Shown one piece after another: positions 39,225 through 55,100 of a stretch of DNA of 64,000 nucleotides. This stretch comes from Eledone cirrhosa (lineage: Eukaryota). Both the position numbers and the translations under genes were made by a program. Location of the stretch: contig OZ024743.1 of the NCBI GenBank assembly GCA_964016885.1, positions 272,490,001-272,554,000 on the forward strand, in the 5' to 3' direction. The notes beneath the pieces are model-generated. The model made no database searches. It was not told where the DNA came from and saw only the letters and a program-made list of their open reading frames with translations. Each line of letters starts with the position of its first letter. Within the stretch, counting starts at the first letter, position 1.

Positions 39225-39445
39225 AAGAAACCTTTCGAAGACTCGATTATCCTGGGATCTTTGTTATCTCTGATGATGTTATTAAGCCATAGGTTTTAAC
39301 GTGTTGTTATATATTCAATTATTGTCACACACTGGACAGCGTGTTCTATGCTACAGATAACTAGGTACCGTATATATATGTCCCGTTCAAATAATCATAA
39401 TGTAACTACAAAGGCCAGTGTTCACAATTTCTGGAGATATAACAA
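39225..39445 (+). pseudogene. Candidate decayed CUB-like exon
   Basis: Across frameshifts: LDYPG ... LTC ... IQLLSHTGQRVL ... QCSQFLEI*, in the order of the CUB motifs SPxYP, C.W.I, G..I.L, C..D.LEI; by-eye only. Confidence 0.35.
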
Positions 39446-41316
39446 CTTCAATTATGTAACATTGCCAAATATGCGCTTCGATTAAATAGTCCACTTTGAA
39501 CTATCTGGGTGGTAGACTAAATCCATCGTCCATGTTAGCATTGCCATGTAGGTCTTGGTTGTATTTAGTGAGGAGCACTATGCTGTAAGCAGTCGGGTCA
39601 AGGTTAGATGGGGGTCCATCTTCCTGTCTCTCACATGTCTCAGAAGCACCGAGAAGGATTATAGGCTCCGTCCTTCCGTTGCTGATTAAACAATGTATAC
39701 AACATCCTAGTGTCAATTAAAGAGAACAAAAAACAAAAAAAGAAGCATGAGATTGACTGAGAAAGATACTTTCACCGAGACTCTCAATCACTACTACTCA
39801 AGCATACTGATTCGTCACTATCTCTTAAACTGATATTATAATGGCTTATACAACTTTCCGAACTACTAAAGTACACACAATTACCTCTAAATCTCATCCG
39901 GTGGGCTTGCCTTTTGTTTTCTTACTGCATCTCTTCACCACCCTAAAACGTACACCAAATATTTTACCCAAGCTTGCCGCTTCATATCTCCAGCTTCCTG
40001 GAATTACATCCCAGCCGACATTTTTCACACAACCATCAACCGAAAGTAGTTAGACATCAACTGCTTTGACACCACCATTTTGAAACAAGCTTCAATGCTC
40101 ACTAGTGCTTCCTCTTTGTACTTCGATTAAGTACGTTTCTTGTTTTATGCTTAGATAAAAATATTCTCAAATCCTTGATAAGCGGAATATTCATTGCAAA
40201 GATGCAGAGATGCTACAAATTTTGTAATGTGAAAGGCACTATTGATTAGACATTGAAGTATCAGAAATATAGTATTATTTTTGTAGATATTCCGGTTTAC
40301 AACTGCCTAGGCTTACAAACTCTGACAATGTTGCAACACATAGGAGATTTCTTGAGTGTTTTGATGTTGAGGGCCTCAAATGTATGAAATATATCAAACA
40401 ATCCCATCAATCCACATCCGTGGACTACTACTTTTTATACCCTGAAAGAATGAAGATAAAAATTGACTTCGGTTGGATATAAAATATATGAACAGATAAC
40501 CAAAACGATACAGCACACTTAATACGATCTAGCTACTTCGCCAATTCGCCGATCAGTAATTTATTTTGATCGATTGAATTGATTATCGCCACTCTGTCTT
40601 TCTCCTTTGTAAGAACCAAATGATAATTCATTTACATACCAGACGCACGTCAAACGCACTCTCACACACGTATTCCCCAATATCTGAATGTGACAGCTAA
40701 TTAGGAGAGAGACAGTCAAGTATATTGACTTTCAGAAAAAAGCTACAAAGAAACACATATAATTACTTTGACTATAGTCAAGTTGAGTATTCAGGTAAGT
40801 GTGAGTTGAAAGAGACGAAACTGCATTGATTGATTTTTAATTAAGGACAAACTTAAGATAGCAGCACAAAACCATTAATATAATTCTTTCGTGCGTGTGA
40901 AAATATGTCACAATTTCTTTCTTACAAAATCTCATCTATCATTATCATTATAATCATTACTATTATTTTTTATCATCCTTGATATTATTATATTCTTTTA
41001 TCTCAGAAGATTCACGAACTTTCACTTTATCTGACGTGTTTTTTCTTTAATCATATATTTACTTATTTATTCATTTATTTATTTATTTTTGCAATTATTG
41101 GCAATCAGTTTATTATTTGTCTTTAAAGTGTGTTGCTGGAAAATACGTTTTCCCTTAGTCTGGTTTAAATTGTATTACGACACATCTGTGAAATATGATA
41201 AATGTAGTATATCCAATAACATAGTGATAGTCTATTATGCACATGTTGAATTCTGATCTCTAAATCATACATTGCTCCCCCCCCCCATATATATATATAT
41301 TGTTTTGGAAATGATA

Positions 41317-41352
<36 letters not shown>

Positions 41353-43002
41353 GGAAAAAATGAAACGAAATTTCATTTCCCACTCTTAGTACGGCTGTTA
41401 CTTAAATATAAGTATGTATATATATATGATATCTCACACATATATATATATATATATATCACCACCCCACTCTCAAGAGCGTGAAACTAATAAACCTTTG
41501 TTCGTACTGCCTCTCTGTTTTGTTCCCGTTCAATTTTTTTACTATATATATATATATATATGCAGGAACACACACACACGCACACACACGCACACACACA
41601 CACACATGTGCACGAGACTGGTATCTTTATCGTTGCTCCTCAGAATTTATGTCATACACATTTTCCCATTAAACGAAGACCGTTCTGAGTTGGACATATT
41701 TAAAATATTCAAGATGGAGTTGCTACGTATCTATTTCATTGCCTATTACAGGTGACTTACCTTTGATACATAGATTTATTAGGAGAACTGCTCACTACAA
41801 TAGCTTGTGCCTTTAAAAGTTATTTTCCTTTTTTGTAAAATTGAAATTTTTATTTCAAGTTTTCATTCCTGTAGTTATAAATTCAAATTTTATTGATTTT
41901 GTATCGAGTTTGCATTTTACTGATATTTCTAGATTGCATTTTCTTTGCAAGCATGATAAAACCTCATCTTCCCAGTTCAGATTCAGTTAGTATTCTAAAC
42001 CTCTCAGTTATAGATAAATTACATTTTCTGCTACGTCGGTTGTATTGTTTAACTTTCTCAGCAGTAGACATTCTACAATTATTTAGATACGATGGGCTCA
42101 GATTCTTCAGTTACGATAAAAACAGAACTAAATAACCACATCCAACTGAATGCCACGGAATTACTATCGCTCCGACGTGACTGAATATGACTGCATAAAG
42201 ACGAATTAAGATCAACAGTTGATGCAGAAAAGGTATATACCAGGTTAACAAGAACCAGCTCAAAATCTGACATACACAGCATTGTATTTCATTAAACATA
42301 AAAGAAAATTCAACTTTATTTCGTAACCACGGTATGTATAGCATCGAAAAGACAGATGTGAAATCTTCTCAATATAATACTGCGAAAGCTAAACTATACA
42401 GCCTACCTCACAATTGATACAATTTATACTAACTGCACCTATCAATAATCTGAGTAGAAGAGACGAAACCTTTTTCTTAGAACGGAAGAAAAATATGTTT
42501 TGAACCTTTTAATAATATCTCTATGCTAGTTTCACTTCACTTAGAAATCAAATGAATGAAGAAAGGTCAAACTGCAAATTTCGTCAAAAACCAATAACAA
42601 ATAAGAATAAATCTTTTTGATGGATATCGAAATAGCCGTAGAATTATTTTCCTGGGGGATTCTAAACAACATATATTACGATAAATTTCCAGTATTGAAT
42701 TCATGTACCGAAGCTATACTAGCGGGCATAGATTTCAGACGTAAACACTCTTCCATGTTTGATGAAATATGTATAATCTAAAACTTAGAATATCAATCTA
42801 AAAAACACCGACCATGTAGGTTAGCTAACTCATATAATCAACTATTGAGTACTGTCTTCTTTTTCGCGAAACAAAATCCTATATATATAGTAATAATAAT
42901 AAATGTGAAGACTAAAATCTAAAGAGTTTCAGAAGATCCCGTTAAGGGTGAAAGCAGCGATTCTTTCCTTAAACTTTAATGTTATTTTAATATATATATA
43001 TT

Positions 43003-44472
43003 AAAAGCAATGAGAATTTTATTCAAAATTAGTAGTAAATTGAGTTCGATGACCTTATTTGGAGTTAGCTGAAGAACAAACCAATCAGATTGTTTTTTCC
43101 CCCATATGATGTTAAGATGAATAAGAAGTCACTTTAGTTGAGGTCATGGCCCTTTGAAAGGAATGGTTGAATGGTGTTAACAATAGAATTGCTATAAAGA
43201 ATCTATGAGGAAAAAGAGGATTGTCATATTGATAGTTGCCGCACACTCTAGTAGTTTTAACAATACTAAACTAGCTAACACCACATTTTTAGCTGAAGCA
43301 GTAAATAACTATAAAAAGAAAAAAATAGATTTCAAAAGGACGATTTATTGAATAAAAGACAGGAACTGATTATAGTTTGTAATCACCGTATACGAAAAAC
43401 ATTTAAATACTATAAACCTAATTAAATATTCTAAATAGCAACTCACTATAATTCTGTGTAGCGTAACATGTGTTAGTTTCCCTTGCCCCTAATTATACGC
43501 ATTCATGCTTATTTCTTACCTTTTAATTCTTTAGCTTCCTTAGGTTTATGTGTTAATGACTAAAGGCATCAAAGTACACAACCACCCGTAATTGCATGAG
43601 TAAATATGTATCTATGTATGTATGATATGAGAATATATATATATATGTGTATATATGTGTATATGCGTGTATATGTGTATGAGTGTTTATGTGTGTGTGT
43701 ACATGTATGTGTATATACACATATATATATATATATATATATGTCTGTATAGGTGTGTATATGTATATATGTATATATATATATATATGTATATAATTGT
43801 GTGCACATGTGTAGATGTATGTATATGTTTACATCTATTTATGCGTATGTATGTTTTTTATTGAGTATCAATATAACTATACCTCTATCTATAATGTGGG
43901 TATATGCACTTTGTGATCTATGAAATTTATGCGTTTTGACAATGTCAACATGCATTTATCTGAGTTTGATTATTTCTACATGGACATACTTGAAAGTATA
44001 TTAAGTTGTATCATACGCTGTATTATACTATGCACAATGTATCACACCGTACTATATTGTGTTATATTATATTATATTATTGTATTACTATATTTCATTA
44101 TCTTATTATAATTTTCATCTTTTAATATACTATCTTTCCTGGTCATGACCATAATTTATATTCACCTAAAAACTCCATACAATACAACTCAATATTTAAT
44201 TTTTACATTCCTTTTAAACTTCACTATACCATATACATTCAACTATCAATATGACAATCCCCTTTTTCCTCAGATTATTTATAGCAATTCTATTGTTAAC
44301 ACCATTCAACCATTCCTTTCAAAGGGTCATGACCTCAACTAAGTGACTTATTTTTCATCTTAACATCAAATGCGGAAAAAAACAATCTGATTGGTTTGTT
44401 CTTCTGCTACCTCCAAATAAGGTCATATAACTCAATTTACTACTAATTTTGAATAAAATTCTCATTACTTTT
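43003..44472. repeat. Inverted duplication, about 235-bp arms (43003-43238 / 44240-44472), 1-kb spacer, (TA)n at the left end
   Basis: Reverse-complement match with scattered mismatches. Confidence 0.92.
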
Positions 44473-44783
44473 GACAACAGTTGGTGATATACATGTAAGT
44501 AAATATTTTCCTTATCTGATATTTTGTAACTAACCTTACATAGATCGATAACGAAATATGTTTTCGATGTATTATCATCACTTAGAATCTATCGTAAAGC
44601 ATTGAAGTATATTTCTAATGACTTGAATTTTTATTTCATTGTTTTAACTTATATCATGACTCTGTTTTCCTTTTAATGTTTTATTGTTTTCCGGGATTTA
44701 TTTTAACCTACAACATTTTCAACATATGGATTACATTGAGTTCTTCATGCAGACTAGACCCGACAACTTACCGTGGATATCTC

Positions 44784-44860
<77 letters not shown>

Positions 44861-44863
<3 letters not shown>

Positions 44864-45180
44864 CCTTTTGGTCATGAATGACCACAGTTTTGAACATGGA
44901 AAGTTCCTCTCCGAAGCACAAGCTTGGGCAAGGTGTGTTTGAGGAAGACCAGTAATCACCCATGCATGCTTGTCGCTCCTCCCCACGCCAATGATGCTGT
45001 CCAAGCGAAAGACAATGGCCGATACAGCCTGGCACCAGTGACGTCACAACTCATTCCTGCTGCTGAGTGAACTGGACAACGTGAAATAAAATGTTTTGCT
45101 CAAAAGCACAACGCACCACCCCGTCCGGGATTCGAACATACAACCTTACGATTGTGAGTTCAACATTCTAACTACTAGTC
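44861..45180 (-). mobile_element. CORE-like tRNA SINE, full length, ending at (TA)n
   Basis: Minus strand: ACTAGTAGTTAGAATG A box, GTTCGAATCC B box, GTTGTGCTTTTGAGCAAAACATTTTATTTCACG core, 3' hairpin GGTCATTCATGACC. Confidence 0.75.
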
Positions 45181-45299
45181 TGATGAACTTGCTCTATCGA
45201 TTTCAGAGTCGGCCGCGAAATGCACGCTACGTGTGAATAAACATAATTATGTTATATTAATACTTCGTTCCTGCCTCTTCTTATTAACACTGTGCAGAA

Positions 45300-45512
45300 C
45301 GGTGGATTGGAAGTATAGATAGAGCGTCGGACAACATGCTTTGCGGAATATAGTTACGGCCCTTGGTGTTCTGATTTCAAATCCCACCAAGGTTAGCTTT
45401 GCCTTTCATCCTTGTGGAGTCGATAAAATAAAGTACCAGTAATGCACTGGGATCGATATAATCGACTTCCCTCCCATTAAATTGTTGGCTTTGTGCCTAA
45501 ATTCGAAACCAT
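45300..45512 (+). mobile_element. Main SINE family, longer variant
   Basis: GGTGGATTGG...GCCTTTCATCCTTGTGGAGTCGATAAAATAAAGTACCAG...GGCTTTGTGCCTAAATTCGAAAC. Confidence 0.9.
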
Positions 45513-46104
45513 TATCAACACTCTTCTGTTTAAGGATAACGATAATGGTGAAGTACCAAACAGAAAATTCCGGGTATCCGGACCCACATATTAGCATTGC
45601 GTTTTCAAACTGGCAACTGAACACAACACACCAATATAATATATATACGTATAATAAGAGCTTACTTTCTATATAATTATTTGAGAAATATTTACTGAAA
45701 ATAAGATACAAACCTCTAAAACTAAACATTACTCATCTATTGTGGCTGTAGCCGACTCTTCCTTTTGAAAACGTAGCAATATTCAAAAGTAAATACCACT
45801 AGTTAAGTTCAGGTTGTTCTAAATCAGTACCATGAACAGTTCCTCTCTTACTCTCTTCTCCTTTCTCTCTAACTCTCTCCCGCTGCTCTCTCACATACAA
45901 TTGCAAAGAGCATAAGTATTATTCAATCAGTGGGTGTTTCTTTAGCTTGCACTAATGTATACTGATATACTGATCTAGTGAATGAAAAGGGGAAGTTGCT
46001 TTAGATGTTTCGGATTTGGACTCTGCTTCTGAATACGAACTAGAGATAATATCTGGCTTGTTACCGATAATCAGTTTTACTGAGACTATTCAACGCCAGT
46101 ATTC

Positions 46105-49100
46105 CATCATCACGACGATGACAACAATCAACAGGACGGCAAGCACGTGGATAACTACGACGACATCAAGCACGAAAACAACCACGACCATCACAACAAC
46201 TAAAAGAAACAGGATCTTCACAACAACTAAAACAACCACAACCATAATAACAACTAAAACAACAAGACCATTACAAGAACTAAAACAACCACGACCATCA
46301 TAACTAAAACAACCACGACCATCACAGCTAAAACAACCACGACTATCACAACAACTAAAACAACAAGACCATCACAACTAAAACAACAACGACCATCACA
46401 ACAATTAAAACAAACACGACCATCACAACTAAAACAACCACGACCATCAGAGCTAAAACAACGTCGATCATCACAACAACTAAAACAACCACGACCATCA
46501 CAACAACTAAAACAACCACGACATCCACAACAACTAAAACAACCACAATCATCACAACAACTAAAACAACCACGACCATCACAACAACTAAAACAACCAC
46601 GGTCTCCACAACAACTAAAACAACCACGACCATTACAACAACTAAAACAACCACGACCATCACAACAACTAAATCAACCACCAACATCAAAACAAATAAA
46701 ACAACTACGACCATCACAACTAAAATAAACACGGCATCACAACAACTAAAACAACACGACCTCCACAACAACTAAAACAACCACGACCATCACAACAACT
46801 AAAACAACCACGACCATCACAACAACTAAAACAACCACGACTATCACAACAACTAAAACAACACGAGCATCACAACTAAAACAACCACGATCATCACAAC
46901 AACTTAAACAACCACGACCATCACAACAACTAAAACAACCTCGACCATCACAAAAACTAAAGCAACCACGACCATCACAACTAAAGCAACCACGACAATT
47001 ACAGTTAAAACAACCACGACCATCACAACAACTAAAACAACCACTACCATCACAACAACTAAAACAACCACGACCATCACAACAACTAAAAGAACAACGA
47101 CCATCACAACAACTAAAACGACCAGGACCATCACGACAACTAAAACAACCACGACCATCACAGCAACTAAAGCAACGACAACCATCACAACAACTAAAAC
47201 AAGCACGACCATCACAACAACTAAAACAATCACGACCATCACAACAACTAAAACAACCACGACCATCACAAATAAAACAACCCGACCATCACAACAACTA
47301 AAACAACCACGACCATCATAACAACTAAAACAACACGACCATCACAACAACTAAAACAACACGACCATCACAACAACTAAAACAACCACGACCATTACAA
47401 CAACTAAAACAACACGAACATCACAACTAAAACAACCACGACCATCACAACAATTAAAACAACCACGACTATCACAATAATTAAACAACACGACCATCAC
47501 AACAACTAAAACCACCACCACCATCACAACCACAAAAACAACCACGACCATCGCAACAACAAGAACAACCACGACCATCACAACTAAAACAACCACGATC
47601 ATCACAACAACTAAAATAACCAGGACCGCCACAACAACCAAAACAACACGACCATCTCAACAACTAAAACAACCACAACCATCACAACACTAAAACAACA
47701 CGACCAACACAAATAAAACAAAATCGACCATCACAACTAAAACAACACGACCATCACAACAACTAAAAGAACCACCACCATCACAACAACTAAAACAACC
47801 ACGACCATCATAACAACTAAAACAACACGACCATCACAACAACTAAAACAACACGACCATCACAACAACTAAAACAACCACGACCATTACAACAACTAAA
47901 ACAAAACGAACATCACAACTAAAACAAACACGACCATCACAGCAATTAAAACAACCACGACCATCACAATAATTAAACAACACGACCATGAACAACAACT
48001 AAAACCACCACCACCATCACAACCACTAAAACAAACACGACCATCGCAACAACTAAAACAACCACGACCATCAAAACTAAAACAACCACGACCACCACAA
48101 CAACTAAAATAACCAGGACCACCACAACAACTAAAACAACACGACCATATCAACAACTAAAACCACCACGACCATCACAACACTAAAACAACACGACCAA
48201 CACAACTAAAACAACCACGACCTTCACAACTAAAACAACACGACCATCACAACAACTAAAACAAGCACGACCATCAAAATAACTAAAACAATCACGACCA
48301 TCACAACAACTAAAACAACCACGACCATCACAACTAAAACAACCACGACCATCACAAATAAAACAACCCGACCATCACAACAACTAAAACAACCACGACC
48401 ATCATAACAACTAAAATAACCAGGACCACCACAACAACTAAAACAACACGACCATCTCAACAACTAAAACAACCACAACCACCACAACAACTAAAACGAA
48501 CAGGACCATCACGACAACTAAAACAACGACGACCATCACAGCAACTAAAACAACGACAAACATCACGACAACTAAAACAAGCACGACCATCACAACAACT
48601 AAAACAATCACGACCATCACAACAACTAAAACAACCACGACCATCACAAATAAAACAACCCGACCTTCACAACTAAAACAACCACGACCTTCACAACTAA
48701 AACAACACGACCATCACAACAACTAAAACGACCAGGACCATCACGACAAATAAAAGAACCACGACCATCACAGCAACTAAAACAAACACGACCATCACAG
48801 CAAATAAAACAACCACGACCATCACAATAACTAAAACAAGCACGACCATCACAACAACTAAAACAATCACGACCATCACAACAACTAAAACAACCACGAC
48901 CATCACAACAACTAAAACAACCACGACCATCACAAATAAAACAACCCGACCATCACAACAACTAAAACAACCACGATCATCATGACAACTAAAACAACAC
49001 GACCATCACAACAATTAAAACAACACGACCATCACAACAACTAAAACAACCACGACCATTACAACAACTAAAACAACACGAACATCACAACTAAAACAAA

Positions 49101-52100
49101 CACGACCATCACAGCAATTAAAACAACCACGACCATCACAATAATTAAACAACACGACCATCACAACAACTAAAACCACCACCACCATCACAACCACTAA
49201 AACAAACACGACCATCGCAAGAACTAAAACAACCACGACCATCACAACTAAAACATCCACGACCACCACAACAACTAAAATAACCATGACCACCACAACA
49301 ACTAAAACAACACGACCATCTCAACAACTAAAACCACCACGACCATCACGACTAAAACAACACGACCATCACAACACTAAAACAACACGACCAACACAAC
49401 TAAAACAACCACGACCTTCACAACTAAAACAACACGACCATCACAACAACTAAAACAACCACGACCATCACGACTAAAACAACACGACCATTACAACAAC
49501 TAAAACAACTACGCCCTCCACAACAATTAAAACAACCACGACCATCACAACAATTAAAAGAACCACGATAATCACAACCATTAAAACAATCACGACCTCC
49601 AAAACAATTAAAACAACCACGACCATCACAGCAACTAAAACAACCACGACCATCAAAACTAAAATAACCACGACCATCACAGCGAAAACAAACACGGCAT
49701 CACAACACCTAAAACAACCACGATCTCCACAACAACTAAAACAACCACGACCATTACAACAACTAAAACAACCACGAACATCACAACAACTAAAACAACC
49801 ACGAATATCACAACAAATAAAACAACTACGACCATCACAACTAAAACAACCACGGCATCACAACAACTAAAACAACACGACCTCCACAACAACTAAAACA
49901 ACCACGACCATCACAACAACTAAAACAACCACGACCATAACAACAACTAAAACAACTACGACTATCACAACTAAAATAACCAGGGCATCACAACAACTAA
50001 AACAACACGACCTCCACAACAACTAAAACAACCACGACCATCACAACAACTAAAAAAACCACGACCATCACAACAACTAAAATAACCAGGACCACCACAA
50101 CAACTAAAACAACACGACCATCTCAACAACTAAAACAACCACAACCACCACAACAACTAAAACGAACAGGACCATCACGACAACTAAAACAACGACGACC
50201 ATCACAGCAACTAAAACAACGACAAACATCACGACAACTAAAACAAGCACGACCATCACAACAACTAAAACAATCACGACCATCACAACAACTAAAACAA
50301 CCACGACCATCACAAATAAAACAACCCGACCTTCACAACTAAAACAACCACGACCTTCACAACTAAAACAACACGACCATCACAACAACTAAAACGACCA
50401 GGACCATCACGACAAATAAAAGAACCACGACCATCACAGCAACTAAAACAAACACGACCATCACAGCAAATAAAACAACCACGACCATCACAATAACTAA
50501 AACAAGCACGACCATCACAACAACTAAAACAATCACGACCATCACAACAACTAAAACAACCACGACCATCACAACAACTAAAACAACCACGACCATCACA
50601 AATAAAACAACCCGACCATCACAACAACTAAAACAACCACGATCATCATAACAACTAAAACAACACGACCATCACAACAATTAAAACAACACGACCATCA
50701 CAACAACTAAAACAACCACGACCATTACAACAACTAAAACAACACGAACATCACAACTAAAACAAACACGACCATCACAGCAATTAAAACAACCACGACC
50801 ATCACAATAATTAAACAACACGACCATCACAACAACTAAAACCACCACCACCATCACAACCACTAAAACAAACACGACCATCGCAAGAACTAAAACAACC
50901 ACGACCATCACAACTAAAACATCCACGACCACCACAACAACTAAAATAACCATGACCACCACAACAACTAAAACAACACGACCATCTCAACAACTAAAAC
51001 CACCACGACCATCACGACTAAAACAACACGACCATCACAACAACTAAAACAACCACGACCATCACGACTAAAACAACACGACCATTACAACAACTAAAAC
51101 AACTACGCCCTCCACAACAATTAAAACAACCACGACCATCACAACAATTAAAAGAACCACGATAATCACAACCATTAAAACAATCACGACCTCCAAAACA
51201 ATTAAAACAACCACGACCATCACAGCAACTAAAACAACCACGACCATCAAAACTAAAATAACCACGACCATCACAGCGAAAACAAACACGGCATCACAAC
51301 ACCTAAAACAACCACGATCTCCACAACAACTAAAACAACCACGACCATTACAACAACTAAAACAACCACGAACATCACAACAACTAAAACAACCACGAAT
51401 AACACAACAAATAAAACAACTACGACCATCACAACTAAAACAACCACGGCATCACAACAACTAAAACAACACGACCTCCACAACAACTAAAACAACCACG
51501 ACCATCACAACAACTAAAACAACCACGACCATAACAACAACTAAAACAACTACGACTATCACAACTAAAATAACCAGGGCATCACAACAACTAAAACAAC
51601 ACGACCTCCACAACAACTAAAACAACCACGACCATCACAACAACTAAAACAACCACGACCATCACAACAACTTAAACAACCACGACCATCACAACAACTA
51701 AAACAACCACGACCATCAAAATTAAAGCAAACTCGACAATCACAGCTAAAACAACCACGACCATCACAACAACTAAAACAACCACGACCATCACAACAAC
51801 TAAAACAACCACGACCTTCACAACAAGTAAAACAACCACGACCATCACAAATAAAACAACCCGACCTTCACAACTAAAACAACCACGACCTTCACAACTA
51901 AAACAACCACGACCATCACGACTAAAAAACACGACCATCACAACCACTAAAAAAGCCACCACGATCACAACCACTAAAACAACCACGACCATCACAACAA
52001 CTAAAACAACCTCGACCATCACAACACCTAAAACAACCACGACCATCACAACTAAAGCAACCACGACAATCACAGCTAAAACAACCACGACCATCACAAC

Positions 52101-55100
52101 AACTAAAACAACCACGACCATCACAACAACTAAAACAACCACGACCATCACAACAACTAAAAGAACAACGACCATCACAACAACTACAACGACCAGGACC
52201 ATCACGACCACTAAAACAACCACGACCATCACAGCAACTAAAACAACGACAACCATCACAACAACTAAAACAAGCACGACCATCACAACAACTAAAACAA
52301 TCACGACCATCACAACAACTAAAACAACCACGACCATCACAAATAAAACAACCCGACCATCACAACAACTAAAACAACCACGACCATCATAACAACTAAA
52401 ACAACACGACCATCACAACAACTAAAACAACACGACCATCACAACAACTAAAACAACCACGACCATTACAACAACTAAAACAACACGAACATCACAACTA
52501 AAACAACCACGACCATCACAACAATTAAAACAACCACGACCATCACAATAATTAAACAACACGACCATCACAACAACTAAAACCACCTCCACCATCACAA
52601 CCACTAAAACAACCACGACCATCGCAACAACTAAAACAACCACGACCATCACAACTAAAACAACCACGACCATCACAATAACTAAAATAACCAGGACCAC
52701 CACAACAACTAAAACAACACGACCATCCCAACAACTAAAACAACCACAACCATCACAACACTAAAACAACACGACCAACACAAATAAAACAACCACGACC
52801 ATCACAACTAAAACAACACGACCATCACAACAACTAAAAGAACCACGACCATCACAACAACTAAAACAACCACGACCATCATAACAACTAAAACAACACG
52901 AGCATCACAACAACTAAAACAACACGATCATCACAACAACTAAAACATCCACGACCATTACAACAACTAAAACAACACGAACATCACAACTAAAACAAAC
53001 ACGACCATCACAGCAATTAAAACAACCACGACCATCACAATAATTAAACAACACGACCATCACAACAACTAAAACCACCACCACCATCACAACCACTTAA
53101 ATAAACACGACCATCGCAACAACTAAAACAACCACGACCATCACAACTAAAACAACCACGACCACCACAACAACTAAAATAACCAGGACCACCACAACAA
53201 CTAAAACAACACGACCATCTCAACAACTAAAACCACCACAACCATCACAACACTAAAACAACACGACCAACACAACTAAAACAACCACGACCTTCACAAC
53301 TAAAACAACATGAACATCACAACAACTAAAACAAGCACGACCATCACAATAACTAAAACAATCACGACCATCACAACAACTAAAACAATAACGACCATCA
53401 CAACTAAAACAACCACGACCATCACAACAACTAAAAGAATCACGACCATCACAGCAACTAAAACAACCACGACCATCACAGCAAATAAAACACCCACGAC
53501 CATCACAACAACTAAAATAACACGACCATCACAACAACTAAAAGAACAACGACCATCACAACAACTAAAACGACCAGGACCATCACGACAACTAAAAGAA
53601 CCACGACCATCCCAGCAACTAAAACAACCACGACCATCACAGCAAATAAAACAAGCACGACCATCACAATAACTAAAACAAGCACGACCATCACAACAAC
53701 TAAAACAATCACGACCATCACAACAACTAAAACAACCACGACCATCACAACAACTAAAACAACCACGATCATCATAACAACTAAAACAACACGACCATCA
53801 CAACAACTAAAACAACACCACCATCACAACAACTAAAACAACCACGACCATTACAACAACTAAAACAACACGAACATCACAACTAAAACAAACACGACCA
53901 TCACAGCAATTAAAACAACCACAACCATCACAATAATTAAACAACACGACCATCACAACAACTAAAACCACCACCACCATCACAACCACTAAAACAAACA
54001 CGACCATCGCAAGAACTAAAACAACCACGACCATCACAACTAAAACAACCACGACCACCACAACAACTAAAATAACCAGGACCACCACAACAACTAAAAC
54101 AACACGACCATCTCAACAACTAAAACCACCACGACCATCACAACACTAAAACAACACGACCAACACAACTAAAACAACCACGACCTTCACAACTAAAACA
54201 ACACGACCATCACAACAACTAAAACAACCACGACCATCACGACTAAAACAACACGACCATCACAACAACTAAAACAACCACGCCCTCCACGACAATTAAA
54301 ACAACCACGACCATCACAACAATTAAAAGAACCACGATAATCACAACCATTAAAACAACCACGACCTCCAAAACAACTAAAACAACCACGACCATCACAG
54401 CAACTAAAAAAACCACGACCATCAAAACAAAAACAACCACGACCATCACAGCGAAAGCAAACACGGCATCACAACACCTAAAACAACCACGATCTCCACA
54501 ACAACTAAAACAACCACGACCATTTCAACAACTAAAACAACCACGAACATCACAAAAACTAAAACAACCACGACCATCACTACAAATAGAACAACTACGA
54601 CCATCACAACTAAAACAACCACGGCATCACAACAACTAGAACAACACGACCTCCACAACAACTAAAACAACCACGACCATCACAACAACTAAAACAACCA
54701 CGACCATCACAACAACTAAAACAACTACGACTATCACAACTAAAATAACCAGGGCATCACAACAACTAAAACAACCACGACCATCACAACAACTAAAACA
54801 ACCACGACCATCACAACAACTAAAACAACCACGACCATCACAACTAAAGCAAACTCGACAATCACAGCTAAAACAACCACGACCATCACAACAACTAAAA
54901 CAACAACGACCATCACAACAACTAACACACCACGACCACCACAACAACTAAAACGACAACAATAATCACAAAAACTAAAACAACCACGACCATCACAACA
55001 ACTAAAACAACCACGACCATCACAACTAAAACAACCACGACCATCACAGCAACTAAAAAAACCACGACCATCAAAACAAAAACAACCACGACCATCACAG

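Noticed and set aside
45178-45235. CTGATGA...GAAA hammerhead candidate
   Set aside because: Stems I-III do not pair convincingly; the motif straddles a SINE boundary
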